A stretch of 64,000 nt of DNA from Bythopirellula sp. (GCA_965216565.1 OZ244170.1:3392001-3456000), one strand, 5' to 3'; counted from the stretch's first letter, positions 1-11,960 are shown. A program made the numbers and translations. The notes: generated by a model from the letters alone, not told the origin.

Positions 1-16
1 CCCCAAAGCCTCCAGC

Positions 17-388
17 CTAGCGCGGCTTCGCCACGTCGCTACCTTGAACGGCTTCTACACACGAGTGGAAGTGCAACAGCGTGTGATCGAGTCGGCAGAA
101 ATGCAGAGCTTGCTCACACTCAGGACGCAAACCGCTCAGTCGCAACGAGCCTTCGTGCTGCAACAATCGCTTTTGCAACATCACCAGTTGCCCCATCAGC
201 ACGCTCGGCATGAACTCGACGTCGTCCATTTCGAGGACCAGTCGGTAGATGAAGTGCTTTTCCATCAGCGCCCAAATGCGATCGGCAAAGTCTCCTGCTT
301 CGTCAGGTTCGACATGAACACGAATGATTAGCCAATCGGGGCCCCGCGCGACTTCCATTTCTCTTGAACTTTGCACACTGCTCATCAT
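17..388 (-). CDS. STAS-domain protein (anti-sigma factor antagonist-like)
   Basis: 123 aa; LVLEMDDVEFMPSVLMGQLV...GSLRLSGL matches the STAS pattern. Confidence 0.8.
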   Translation of the reverse strand: MMSSVQSSREMEVARGPDWLIIRVHVEPDEAGDFADRIWALMEKHFIYRLVLEMDDVEFMPSVLMGQLVMLQKRLLQHEGSLRLSGLRPECEQALHFCRLDHTLLHFHSCVEAVQGSDVAKPR

Positions 389-615
389 ACGGCTCCTTTT
401 CTTTGGCCGAGAAGAAGGCGGGAACTAGTGGAAGTTTCCGCAAGGAGAGTGTGACCTCTCTTAATGCATTCTACGCCTATCACCAGAAAACAGACAACGC
501 GAATACTCAAATCTGCGCGCAGCCAATTGCCTGATTTTCATCCGACCTCGAGGTGCCGGGATCTCGTTGCTAGCGTCACTCTTTGGGAGCATCCGCTCGG
601 GCATGCCCATTCAGA

Positions 616-3438
616 TTACGAAGAAAGCATTTCTGAAATTGTTTCTTTGGCAACTTGCAAAGCTTCGGGTAGCTTGGCTGGTTGGCGTCCGCCGGCCTGC
701 GCCATATCGGGACGGCCGCCACCGCCGCCGCCCAGCGTTTGTGCTACCGGCTTTACCCAGTTTCCTGCGTGGGCACCCTGCTGCTGAAGGTCTTGGGAGA
801 CTCCCGCCACCAGGGTCACTTTGTCGTCGCCTTCGCTGCTTGCCAAGAGCACGGCACTCGTGCCAACCTTTTGACGGATTTGGTCGATTAACTGCCGCAT
901 CAGGTTCGGCTCCGCAGTGGGCGCTTCGGCCACCACAATGGTGGCTTCCCCTATTTTCTCTGCCGATTCAAGTAGCCCGTCAGCGGTAATCGGCCCCGCC
1001 GCAGCCCGCTCTTCAAGCCGTCCATGCAGCGTGCTGACCTCTTCAACCACTGCAGTCACCCGTTCGAGGACCGAAAGGGGTGCAACCGATAGCAAATGGG
1101 CCGTCTCGGTTAGAATTTGCTTCGCCTGTGACGAGGACACGGTCTCTTGGCCAACCACCGTCGACATCCCGCCGGCCTTAACCTCTGGGGCAGCACCGCC
1201 TGCTGCCAGCGTCTTGCGTAAATCGCGTTGTTGCTCCAGGAGTACTTGGACATTTCGGGGCACGGCCGACGGCGCACAACCCAGGAGCTGCGCCGTACCC
1301 TGCAATGCCTCGGTGATTTGACCGCTATGCTCCTCGGCTCGTTTTCCCGTCAATGCGGTAATGCGTCGAGTGCCGGCGGAAACCCCTTCTTCGCTCAGGA
1401 TTTCGAACGCCTGCACCTCGCGGGTGTTCTCCAAATGGGTGCCCCCACACAGCTCTTTGCTAAAGTCGCCCATCGACACCATCCGCACCGGGTCGGGGTA
1501 CTTCTCGCCAAATAGCATCATCGCTCCCTGGCTACGCGCTTCGGCCAGCGGCAAGGTCTCCCATTTGATGGCCTGCGCCGCCAAAACTTTCTCCTCCACG
1601 TCGCCACCGATCTTTGCCAGTTGCTCGCTCTCCACGGGGCTAAGATTCGTAAAGTCAAACCGCAGCCAATCCTCGTCGACTTTCGACCCTTGCTGTTGGG
1701 CATGTGTTCCCAGCAGTTGCTGCAAGGCGTGATGCAAGATGTGCGTGGCCGAGTGCGCTCGGCGAATGCCATCGCGACGCTCAACGTCGACGATCGCCTC
1801 GACCTTGGCCCCCTCGCTCATCGTGCCCTTGAGCAAATGGCCGATGTGGATCACCAGTTGGCCATCCTTTTGCGTATCGCTGACCTCGAATTCAAACCCC
1901 TCGCCAACCAACCGGCCCGTATCGCCCACCTGCCCGCCACTCTCGCCGTAAAACGGTGTGCGATCAAGCACCACACGGAGTGGATTCTCATGGCCAACTT
2001 CCTCCATGGTGTCGCACAGATGATCGTCCGGCGGCGTGCCGGCAATGATTCCCTTCACTACTGCCGGTGCTTTGGTGGTTTCGTAACCCAGGAACTCCGT
2101 GGAATGAAGTGCATGCTTCAGCGAATCGATCGGCCCCTTCGCGCCCATCACCGTGTGCTGCACTTTGCCGGAGACCTCGCCGTGCTCTTCCATCGACTTG
2201 GTGTAGCCTTCCCAATCGAAGGCCAAATTGTGCTCGGCAGCCAATGCCTCAAACAATTCTGGCGGGACGCCAAATGTTTGGTAAAGCTCCGCAGCCACTG
2301 CGCCTTCCACCTTCACACGATTGTCGGTGCGCATCTCCTCAAAAACCTTCTCTATCCGATGCAGGCCGTCATCGATGGTGCCGAAGAAGTTGGCCTCCTC
2401 TTTTTCAATGACACTAGCTACCCGCTCGACCGTTTCTGTTAGATCTGGATAAGGGGCCTTCATCGCCTCCACCACCGCTGGTACCAATTGATGCAGGAAC
2501 GGTTCACGCACGCCCATCTGATGACCGTCTAAAACCGCGCGACGCAGCAACCGTTTGATGACGTACTTCTCCTTGTTCGGCCCGGGGTACACATTCTCGT
2601 GCACGGCAAAGGTACAAGCCCGCACATGGTCGGTAATGCGGCGCAGGCGGCGACCTTCTTCGCTATCGAGCGAATACTGCTGGCCGCAGATTTCCGCTGC
2701 GGCCTGGACGATCGGCATTAGGTTATCAATATGGTAATTCGTCGGCACACCTTGGAGCGTCGCAACCGTACGCTCCAGGCCCATGCCAGTGTCAATATTC
2801 TTGGAGGGCAACGGCCGAAGGTTATCAGGAGGATCGCCTACCCGATTGAACTGCGTGAACACTAAATTCCAGATCTCAACCGACTGCCCTTCGTCGGGAT
2901 GAAAGTAAATTTCACTACACGGACCACACACCCCATCGGGCCCTTGACTCGGTGCGCTGGCGGGCCAAAAATTTTCGTCTTCTTCCAATCGCTCGATTCG
3001 CGCGGTTGGAAGCTTAATGTCGCTCGACCAAATCTCCGCCGCCTCGTCGTCGTCTTTATAGACCGTCACGCTCAGTCGCTCAGGATCGATCCCCAGCCAT
3101 TTCTTGTCCGTGAGAAACTCCCATGCCCAATTGATCGCTTCGCGTTTGAAGTAATCGCCAAAGCTAAAGTTGCCGAGCATTTCAAAGAACGTATGGTGGT
3201 ATGCCGTGCGGCCCACGTTGTCGATGTCGCCGGTGCGCAAACACTTTTGGCAGGTCGTTGCACGCGTGAAATCCAACTTCACCTTGCCCAGGAAATGATC
3301 TTTGAACTGGTTCATCCCCGCCGGGGTGAATAACACAGACGGATCCCAAGTGGGCACCAACACATCGCTATCGCAGCGACGATGGCCTTTGGATTCGTAA
3401 AAGGCAAGATACTTTTCGCGGAGTTCGTCGGTTTTCAT
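616..3438 (-). CDS. alaS: Alanine--tRNA ligase
   Basis: DPSVLFTPAGMNQFK, HHTFFEMLGNFSFGDYFK, IDTGMGLER, editing motifs HSATH and ELCGGTH, C-terminal GGGGGRPDMAQAGG. Confidence 0.98.
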   Translation of the reverse strand: MKTDELREKYLAFYESKGHRRCDSDVLVPTWDPSVLFTPAGMNQFKDHFLGKVKLDFTRATTCQKCLRTGDIDNVGRTAYHHTFFEMLGNFSFGDYFKREAINWAWEFLTDKKWLGIDPERLSVTVYKDDDEAAEIWSSDIKLPTARIERLEEDENFWPASAPSQGPDGVCGPCSEIYFHPDEGQSVEIWNLVFTQFNRVGDPPDNLRPLPSKNIDTGMGLERTVATLQGVPTNYHIDNLMPIVQAAAEICGQQYSLDSEEGRRLRRITDHVRACTFAVHENVYPGPNKEKYVIKRLLRRAVLDGHQMGVREPFLHQLVPAVVEAMKAPYPDLTETVERVASVIEKEEANFFGTIDDGLHRIEKVFEEMRTDNRVKVEGAVAAELYQTFGVPPELFEALAAEHNLAFDWEGYTKSMEEHGEVSGKVQHTVMGAKGPIDSLKHALHSTEFLGYETTKAPAVVKGIIAGTPPDDHLCDTMEEVGHENPLRVVLDRTPFYGESGGQVGDTGRLVGEGFEFEVSDTQKDGQLVIHIGHLLKGTMSEGAKVEAIVDVERRDGIRRAHSATHILHHALQQLLGTHAQQQGSKVDEDWLRFDFTNLSPVESEQLAKIGGDVEEKVLAAQAIKWETLPLAEARSQGAMMLFGEKYPDPVRMVSMGDFSKELCGGTHLENTREVQAFEILSEEGVSAGTRRITALTGKRAEEHSGQITEALQGTAQLLGCAPSAVPRNVQVLLEQQRDLRKTLAAGGAAPEVKAGGMSTVVGQETVSSSQAKQILTETAHLLSVAPLSVLERVTAVVEEVSTLHGRLEERAAAGPITADGLLESAEKIGEATIVVAEAPTAEPNLMRQLIDQIRQKVGTSAVLLASSEGDDKVTLVAGVSQDLQQQGAHAGNWVKPVAQTLGGGGGGRPDMAQAGGRQPAKLPEALQVAKETISEMLSS

Positions 3439-3446
3439 CGGTGTGG

Positions 3447-3474
3447 GGCTAGGTGTTAGGGGCTAGAGGCTAGG
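3447..3474. repeat. Heptamer tandem repeat (GGCTAGR-like x4)
   Basis: GGCTAGG TGTTAGG GGCTAGA GGCTAGG directly upstream of alaS. Confidence 0.6.
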
Positions 3475-3502
3475 GTTTTCTTCTCTTCGTTGTGGCACGA
3501 AA

Positions 3503-3528
3503 TAGCCGCGATGCCACGTATCGCAAGG
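3503..3528 (+). repeat. REP-like hairpin, TAGCCGCGA family
   Basis: TAGCCGCGAT-GCCACGT-ATCGC-AAGG; related copies at 4442-4471(-), 18333-18358, 44744-44769. Confidence 0.55.
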
Positions 3529-3679
3529 CACCCGACCAAGTCGCAGACACAAGCCCGTATGATATCGGTTCGGCGGAGAAGTGGCCACTGCCACTTCGAA
3601 GACAGGATGACTGGATCAGCAGAATCTAAAAGATGCAGAAGATGAGTACTCACCCAATTCATCCTGTTCGTTTCTTCAA

Positions 3680-4381
3680 TCACCCCTTGCTCACCACTTC
3701 CAAAATCAGCCGGGGCGGCACGCCAATCGACACCACGTGCAGTTGCCCCATATACTCCGCCGCGGTCTCCTCAAGAAACCCCCGCTTCGCTGCGACAAAC
3801 GTACACGTCGCGTCGGCTCGCACACAAACATTGCTAGCCGTGCCGGTGTCGCAGTCCAAGCCACTTGGCACATCCAAAGCAAGCCGCTTAGCCCGCTGAC
3901 CATTCATCCACCCAATTGCCGTGGCAAACGGCTCGCGCGGTTCACCCTGGGCGCCGGTTCCCAGCATCGCATCCACCAGCCAGGTGGCCTCGCCCGCGTT
4001 GGCGTTGAGTTCGGCGGGTAAGTCCTCGGTCTGCGAAAGATCAACAATCCGCACATTGGTTTTTTGCAGAATCTCAAAGTTCTGCTGTGCGTCGCCGCTG
4101 AGGTCGTTAGAGTCACAAAGCAAAACGACTCGGCAACGAACGCCGTGAATTTCCAGATGCCGGGCAATCACAAACCCATCTCCGGCATTGTTTCCTTTGC
4201 CGCAGAGGATGACGGCCAACTTGGCATCGTCACCCGCAAGAGTTGGGTCCCAACTTAGCAGCAGCTCGACCACACCGCGCCCAGCATTTTCCATCAGCAC
4301 CATGCTGGGAATGCCGTAGTCGTTGATGGCAATCGAATCGATCGAACGCGATTGCTCGCGAGTAAGTGCGATGCCGTCCAT
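3680..4381 (-). CDS. nnrE: NAD(P)H-hydrate epimerase (stand-alone YjeF N-terminal domain)
   Basis: LMENAG, CGKGNNAGDG, VDAMLGTG, LDVPSG motifs. Confidence 0.92.
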   Translation of the reverse strand: MDGIALTREQSRSIDSIAINDYGIPSMVLMENAGRGVVELLLSWDPTLAGDDAKLAVILCGKGNNAGDGFVIARHLEIHGVRCRVVLLCDSNDLSGDAQQNFEILQKTNVRIVDLSQTEDLPAELNANAGEATWLVDAMLGTGAQGEPREPFATAIGWMNGQRAKRLALDVPSGLDCDTGTASNVCVRADATCTFVAAKRGFLEETAAEYMGQLHVVSIGVPPRLILEVVSKG

Positions 4382-4441
4382 AGGAGATAGGCTATCGCTT
4401 GAAGGCTGCTGGCGGTAGTCCCGACGCTCCGGCGACTCCCA

Positions 4442-4471
4442 CCACGGCGACTAAACTGCGAGTCGCGGCTA
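4442..4471 (-). repeat. REP-like hairpin, TAGCCGCGA family
   Basis: reverse complement reads TAGCCGCGACT-CGCAGTTT-AGTCGC-CGTGG. Confidence 0.55.
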
Positions 4472-4508
4472 TCTCAGAGCACCGTCGCTAAATGCCTCAA
4501 AGCCTCCC

Positions 4509-7332
<2,824 letters not shown>

Positions 7333-7539
7333 TTATCATGCTTCGAGGTGGCTCTGGCAAGTCGTTGTGTCCCAGAGGTTTACAGGGCAGTTTGTTTCGA
7401 TGCTATTCTGCAAACAATGCTGAACAGCTATTCGCCTGGGAGAGGTATCAAATCGTTTATTTGATGCCAAACAAGGACTATCGTAGACTTGATTGATCTA
7501 GCACCTCATCGCATTGGCACTCATGGCCAGAGGATACCC

Positions 7540-8193
7540 GTGACAAGAACTCTGAAGAATCCAATCCTCCAACTTGCAATTTTTTGTATCAGCACCCAGA
7601 CCTGTCAGGCGATGGTTGTGCTGGATCAGTCTGTAAATGCGACAAGAAACGGAGGCATAACTGTAGCAGACGGCAAACTTATTGGTCAAACGTTTATCGC
7701 TGGCAGGAACGGTTTGCTCTCTCAAGTTGGAATTCAATTAAGAAAATCGTCAGCAACCGAGGATGCGACGCTACTAATCTATAATGCGTCAAACAATGAA
7801 CCAACAACCTCCCTGGGGTCAGTTGCCATCCCAGTTAGTAGTATTGGCTTTGGAGGCTTGGTTCCCTTTCCATATGTTGATCTCGACGTCTCGAGTCTTG
7901 GCATTAATGTTACTGCCGAACAAGAACTGGCCATTGTAATTACCTACGATGGCAACGGGTCCTACTTTTGGCCCGACGCTCCTGCGACACCGGCGGATGT
8001 CTATCCGGACGGACGCTCAGTACTCCTCACCGAGCAACATGGGTGGTTGCCAGTCTTGATACCTAGGGATTATGGCTTTCGCACGTTTGTCGAATTAGTC
8101 CCGGAGCCTTCAACGCTTATTCTTGCCTTAACCGGTCTGCCTTTGACTCTCCGTCGGAAAAAAAGCTCTTCCTACCCCGGCCCCACGGTGTGA
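7540..8193 (+). CDS. PEP-CTERM sorting-domain protein
   Basis: signal-like N-terminus from GTG 7540; C-terminal VPEPSTLILALTGLPLTLRRKK. Confidence 0.8.
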   Translation: MTRTLKNPILQLAIFCISTQTCQAMVVLDQSVNATRNGGITVADGKLIGQTFIAGRNGLLSQVGIQLRKSSATEDATLLIYNASNNEPTTSLGSVAIPVSSIGFGGLVPFPYVDLDVSSLGINVTAEQELAIVITYDGNGSYFWPDAPATPADVYPDGRSVLLTEQHGWLPVLIPRDYGFRTFVELVPEPSTLILALTGLPLTLRRKKSSSYPGPTV

Positions 8194-8468
8194 AACACAT
8201 CCACCACCCACCACTCGATGTAGCGGCTCACGACGTTGCCATAGTCCAGCAAGCCCAATGGGTAGTACAAGAGGAAGACCGCATAGAATTGGTCGTAGCC
8301 GGTGGCTTCGCGGAGCCAGCATGCCAAGCCAATCACAGGCCCGCTGCTCAAGACATAGACGATCAGAATAACGAACACAGCATAGCTGTAGTCGGCGAGC
8401 CGTCTCTTCCGCTGGCGGTTCGGAGAAGAATCGTTCCCCACGTTGGACGAGCCAGGTTCACTCATCAT
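8172..8468 (-). CDS. Small membrane protein
   Basis: basic RQRKRR followed by hydrophobic YAVFVILIVYVLSSGPVIGL; start chosen at MMSEPG. Confidence 0.6.
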   Translation of the reverse strand: MMSEPGSSNVGNDSSPNRQRKRRLADYSYAVFVILIVYVLSSGPVIGLACWLREATGYDQFYAVFLLYYPLGLLDYGNVVSRYIEWWVVDVFHTVGPG

Positions 8469-8569
8469 CCACACACAGCCAAGAAACAAACAAGCAAATC
8501 GACAATTCCCCATTTCGCAAAGACGCGCAGGTCAAGACCCAAGAATTGAGCCGATTTGCGAGCGGCCGT

Positions 8570-8665
8570 CACACAAGAAATCGTGGCGGCTAATAAACTT
8601 TCACACAAGATAAGCGATCTCAATTTTCCCAATCTTGTGTGCTCCACCATCACGTGACACAAGAT
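8570..8665. repeat. Cluster of four (C/G)ACACAAGA(T/A) motifs
   Basis: copies at 8570-8579, 8602-8611, 8632-8641 (reverse), 8656-8665. Confidence 0.7.
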
Positions 8666-8870
8666 AGGGTTTCTCCCGCGTGGAGCAGTTGCCGCATTTG
8701 CCTGAAAAACAGGTACCGCCAACAAAAAAAGCCGAAACAATGGTTTTTCGGGGCATGCCAATTCGCTCTTGCTTCACTCTATCACAGGGCCAGGCAAAAT
8801 CTCAGCTACGATTCTTGGTCGTCTAACGTCACCCCGGCAGATTGGCACGTGGCGTCACCAACGCAGGCAT

Positions 8871-8908
8871 AAAAAAACGGAGGCCGATTCACTTAGAATC
8901 GGCCCCCG
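8871..8908 (-). terminator. Intrinsic terminator of the porin gene
   Basis: stem GGCCGATTC/GAATCGGCC extended by CGG/CCG; T7 follows on the minus strand. Confidence 0.85.
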
Positions 8909-8952
8909 CTGGGTATCACTCTCAAGTCACTTGATGTGACAAGATTCTGACC

Positions 8953-10320
8953 TTAGTAGGTAAGGATCATGTCGCAAGCAACGTTGTTAACGCTGAAGTC
9001 ACCGGCTGGAGCCCAGTCGGTACGAGCTTCAGGTCGTAGAATCAGGTTGTCGAGCAACTTGATGTTCGCACCAGTGGTGTAACCGTAGGTCGATACGCGG
9101 TCGCCAGCAGCAGTAAAGGGGCTACCGGTACCATCACGCCACCATTCAACACGCGAACCCAAGGACAGCCATTCGTTGAAATCGAAGAACAAGTAGTTCA
9201 CGATTCCTACGTCTTCGTCGTCGCTGCCATCGATGTTCTTGTAGTCCGTTTGGAATACATAGTTCACACGATCGCTGACGTTCACGTCCAGAACAACCGA
9301 CTGAGCGAAATCGTCGTCGCGATCCTGGGTGATGGAACCAAAGTTGCCGTAGGCGTTGGTCCAAGTCAGGGTAATGGCGTCAGACAGGCTAGCAGAGAAA
9401 CCACCAAGGAAGTTGTTACCTTCATTGACGTTATCGAAGCCAGTGTCCCAACCAAGAGTCCAACCACCGTACAGAGTCATGTTTTCAAGACCGTTGTACT
9501 GACCCAAAACACCGGTGTGGGTGAATGGCTCGCTGTTGAACATGGTGTAAGAGTGGCTGAAGAAGAAGTTTTGAGGCGACATTACGCTCTCGTAACCCAT
9601 GATCGTGTAGAAACGACCAATCTTCACCGACACGTCGCCAGTGGCGATCTCAGCGTACAACTGAGGAATAGCCCAGCCGTAAGTGCCGTGGTCGAGCGAA
9701 GCATCAAAAGTACCGAAACCAGGGGTTCCAGCACCAGGGTTGCCGAAGGCTTGAGTCTTCTGGGCGTCAACACCGTAAACGGTGTCAGCACGGAAACCGA
9801 TGTCCAAACCGTGACGACCGTCAGCCTTACGCTCAACGTAAGTGTACATCTGGTGCAGATTGAATCGGTCTGGGGAATCGAGGAACGATCCTAGCGTGCC
9901 ATTGCTTCCTTGCGGAGACAGAGGAGTGACATCGTCAGTCCAACCGAACTGAGTCCAACCACCAATATGGAAGTTGGAGAAGCCAAGACGATCCGAAAGG
10001 GAGAAATCTTCCAGGATGCCAGGACCCATTCCGCTCAAAAGCCCAACACCACAACAGCAGCATCCGCAACCGCAATCGCAGCCACAGCAGCTGTCGCCGC
10101 AGCAATCGTCGCCACAGCAGTTATCACCGCAGCAGCTATCGCCACAGCAGCCATCTCCACAACAGTTGTCGCCACAGCAACCATCGTCGCAGCAGCTGTC
10201 ACAACCCACAGGTACAACGTTTTGGTCGAATGACCACTGTCCCACTCCCGTTTCGGCAAACGCGGGTGCCGCCGAAAGGGTGAGAACAGCGATACCGACT
10301 GTCCATGTCTTGAAATTCAC
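8953..10320 (-). CDS. Outer-membrane beta-barrel protein (BBP2/OmpL-like porin) with N-terminal Cys-rich repeat
   Basis: GTG start with AAGGAG RBS; signal peptide; KIGRFYTIMGYESV..PQNFFFSHSY..EPFTHTG motif; C-terminal RPEARTDW and terminal aromatic residue. Confidence 0.85.
   Translation of the reverse strand: MNFKTWTVGIAVLTLSAAPAFAETGVGQWSFDQNVVPVGCDSCCDDGCCGDNCCGDGCCGDSCCGDNCCGDDCCGDSCCGCDCGCGCCCCGVGLLSGMGPGILEDFSLSDRLGFSNFHIGGWTQFGWTDDVTPLSPQGSNGTLGSFLDSPDRFNLHQMYTYVERKADGRHGLDIGFRADTVYGVDAQKTQAFGNPGAGTPGFGTFDASLDHGTYGWAIPQLYAEIATGDVSVKIGRFYTIMGYESVMSPQNFFFSHSYTMFNSEPFTHTGVLGQYNGLENMTLYGGWTLGWDTGFDNVNEGNNFLGGFSASLSDAITLTWTNAYGNFGSITQDRDDDFAQSVVLDVNVSDRVNYVFQTDYKNIDGSDDEDVGIVNYLFFDFNEWLSLGSRVEWWRDGTGSPFTAAGDRVSTYGYTTGANIKLLDNLILRPEARTDWAPAGDFSVNNVACDMILTY
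10051..10203 (-). repeat. 15-bp coding tandem repeat encoding (CCGDx)n
   Basis: CDSCCDDGCCGDNCCGDGCCGDSCCGDNCCGDDCCGDSCCGCDCGCGCCCC. Confidence 0.9.
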
Positions 10321-10695
10321 CGCAAAGCTCCTTCTGCTTTTGCCCGTTTGTAATGCTGGTTCCGACCAGCCAATCAGCAGGGCAAGATTTGTTTAGCGAA
10401 TCGCCGGTTCTTAACTCTTAGTCCGAAAGCACAACGCCATTCGCCGGGGGTTTCCATCCACCTCGCTATCAGGTATCGACCCAGTCGCGAGAACGAGTCG
10501 AGCCAGCAAATTCGCTTTCCTGAGAATTCTGCTAAGAATCGGTGCTTAATTGGTAGACCTTACCGATTGAATCGATTCGCCTGCGGAATACGCAGTTGCA
10601 CCGTGCTACCGCAGTTGATGTCACAACTAGAATCCATTGCCCAGGCCGCAAAGCTTCACACGACTGCCAGCAATTTCAACAGCTTTTGGCTGCCC

Positions 10696-11409
10696 TCACT
10701 CTGCTGCAGAAAGCAGCTTCCAGCTTTTCACGAGCCACACCATCTGGCCTTCAGGAGTAGGCTTTCGCTCGAGCAGCACCCAGCAATCGAGCGGTTCCGC
10801 GTCGCCCCGAGCCAGCATGACACTGCAGCCAGCCTCCACCTGTCGGGCATCCCAGTTGAATTCGCAGCCGTGTAGCGTGAGCTTTACGTCGCCTTCCTTG
10901 TCCCAGGCGGAAATCGTTTCGACGGTCTCGTCACGAGCCAATTGCTGAGTGGCAATTGCCCGGTCGAATGTTGGCGGCGGTGCATTTGGTGCGGGAGAGC
11001 GGGGCATCATGTCGTACAGCCTTCTGGGGGTCATCAGGCTGGCCGCTTGATTCCAGTCTTCCGAAGCGGTGGCCTTCAGCCAATCCTGAGCGGTCTGTTC
11101 CGCTGAGCCCAGGGCCGCGGCATCGCGGACATAGCTATGAGCAACTGGGGCCATCAGAAATGCCACGCTGAGGGCTAATCCCGCTTTCGCCAAGAATCTG
11201 CCCGTTAGGGCTCCGTCGGAGGCTGCAATTCTCAGCAGCGCCAAACAGGCAATCGCGATCCCACACACCGGAATCACAGAGAAAATGGGCGATGCAAACA
11301 GAAGCGGCGAGGCAGCTCCCATCAGAAGTGCCAAGACGGCCAAAGTACTGAGAGACTGGTATTGGCCTAGTTCATCGGCATTGTGTGCGGGGAGGGCAAT
11401 ATCGTTCAT
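10696..11409 (-). CDS. Membrane protein (DUF4190-like N-terminus)
   Basis: YQSLSTLAVLALLMG...ALLRIAASDGALTGRFLAKAGL with three hydrophobic segments; start could be 11451. Confidence 0.7.
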   Translation of the reverse strand: MNDIALPAHNADELGQYQSLSTLAVLALLMGAASPLLFASPIFSVIPVCGIAIACLALLRIAASDGALTGRFLAKAGLALSVAFLMAPVAHSYVRDAAALGSAEQTAQDWLKATASEDWNQAASLMTPRRLYDMMPRSPAPNAPPPTFDRAIATQQLARDETVETISAWDKEGDVKLTLHGCEFNWDARQVEAGCSVMLARGDAEPLDCWVLLERKPTPEGQMVWLVKSWKLLSAAE

Positions 11410-11459
11410 CACGGGGCTGGAACCATCTGGCGATCGGGGCGAGAACTGCAACTGCCATT

Positions 11460-11960
11460 CTAGGCAGTGGATTCCTCGCTTCCAAGCGGCTCGTTAAATA
11501 CCCGGGATTGAAGAATCAAGCCGCACAGAAACAACTGAATCAACGGAATATCCGTGGCCGTGATCACCGAAAACCCGCAGCGGTGCCAGAAAAACTGTTG
11601 TTGCCACTCACTCGCCTCGGCCCACCACGTAAATCTCTGAAAAATGACGATCGCCAGAATCCCAACGATGGACACGCCAACAAGCGACCACCCCAGCCAA
11701 CGCTTCGTACGGCTCGGCAGCGCCGAATTCCGTCCCACAAGGAGAACTACTGCGCCCAATAAGACGCACCAAGCCAGATGACAACCGACAATGGCTTGCA
11801 GCGGAGGCCCGCAGCCCCAGGCCCCACAAATCGCATGTCCCCAGTCACTCTTTAGATTGGCGATGGCCAGCGCCGCGTACAGCATTCCTGCCCAAACAAC
11901 GAGCCCCAGCACCCGGGGCACTGTAAGCAACTGCTGCGGTTGGGCAAGTGATTGACTCAT
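11460..11960 (-). CDS. Four-TM membrane protein with HxICGxWGCGPP loop
   Basis: four hydrophobic segments; loop HAICGAWGCGPPLQAIVGCH. Confidence 0.75.
   Translation of the reverse strand: MSQSLAQPQQLLTVPRVLGLVVWAGMLYAALAIANLKSDWGHAICGAWGCGPPLQAIVGCHLAWCVLLGAVVLLVGRNSALPSRTKRWLGWSLVGVSIVGILAIVIFQRFTWWAEASEWQQQFFWHRCGFSVITATDIPLIQLFLCGLILQSRVFNEPLGSEESTA

Noticed and set aside
3439..3679. Possible T-box or attenuator upstream of alaS
   Set aside because: No T-box consensus or terminator with U-tract seen; the spacer is explained by repeats.
10051..10203. Regular repeat considered as a CRISPR array
   Set aside because: 15-bp in-frame coding repeat without unique spacers; no cas genes in the window.
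9974..10396. Plus-strand ORF with QQLSPQQ repeats
   Set aside because: It is the antisense reading of the porin's CCGDx repeat; the minus frame has the RBS, signal peptide and family motifs.
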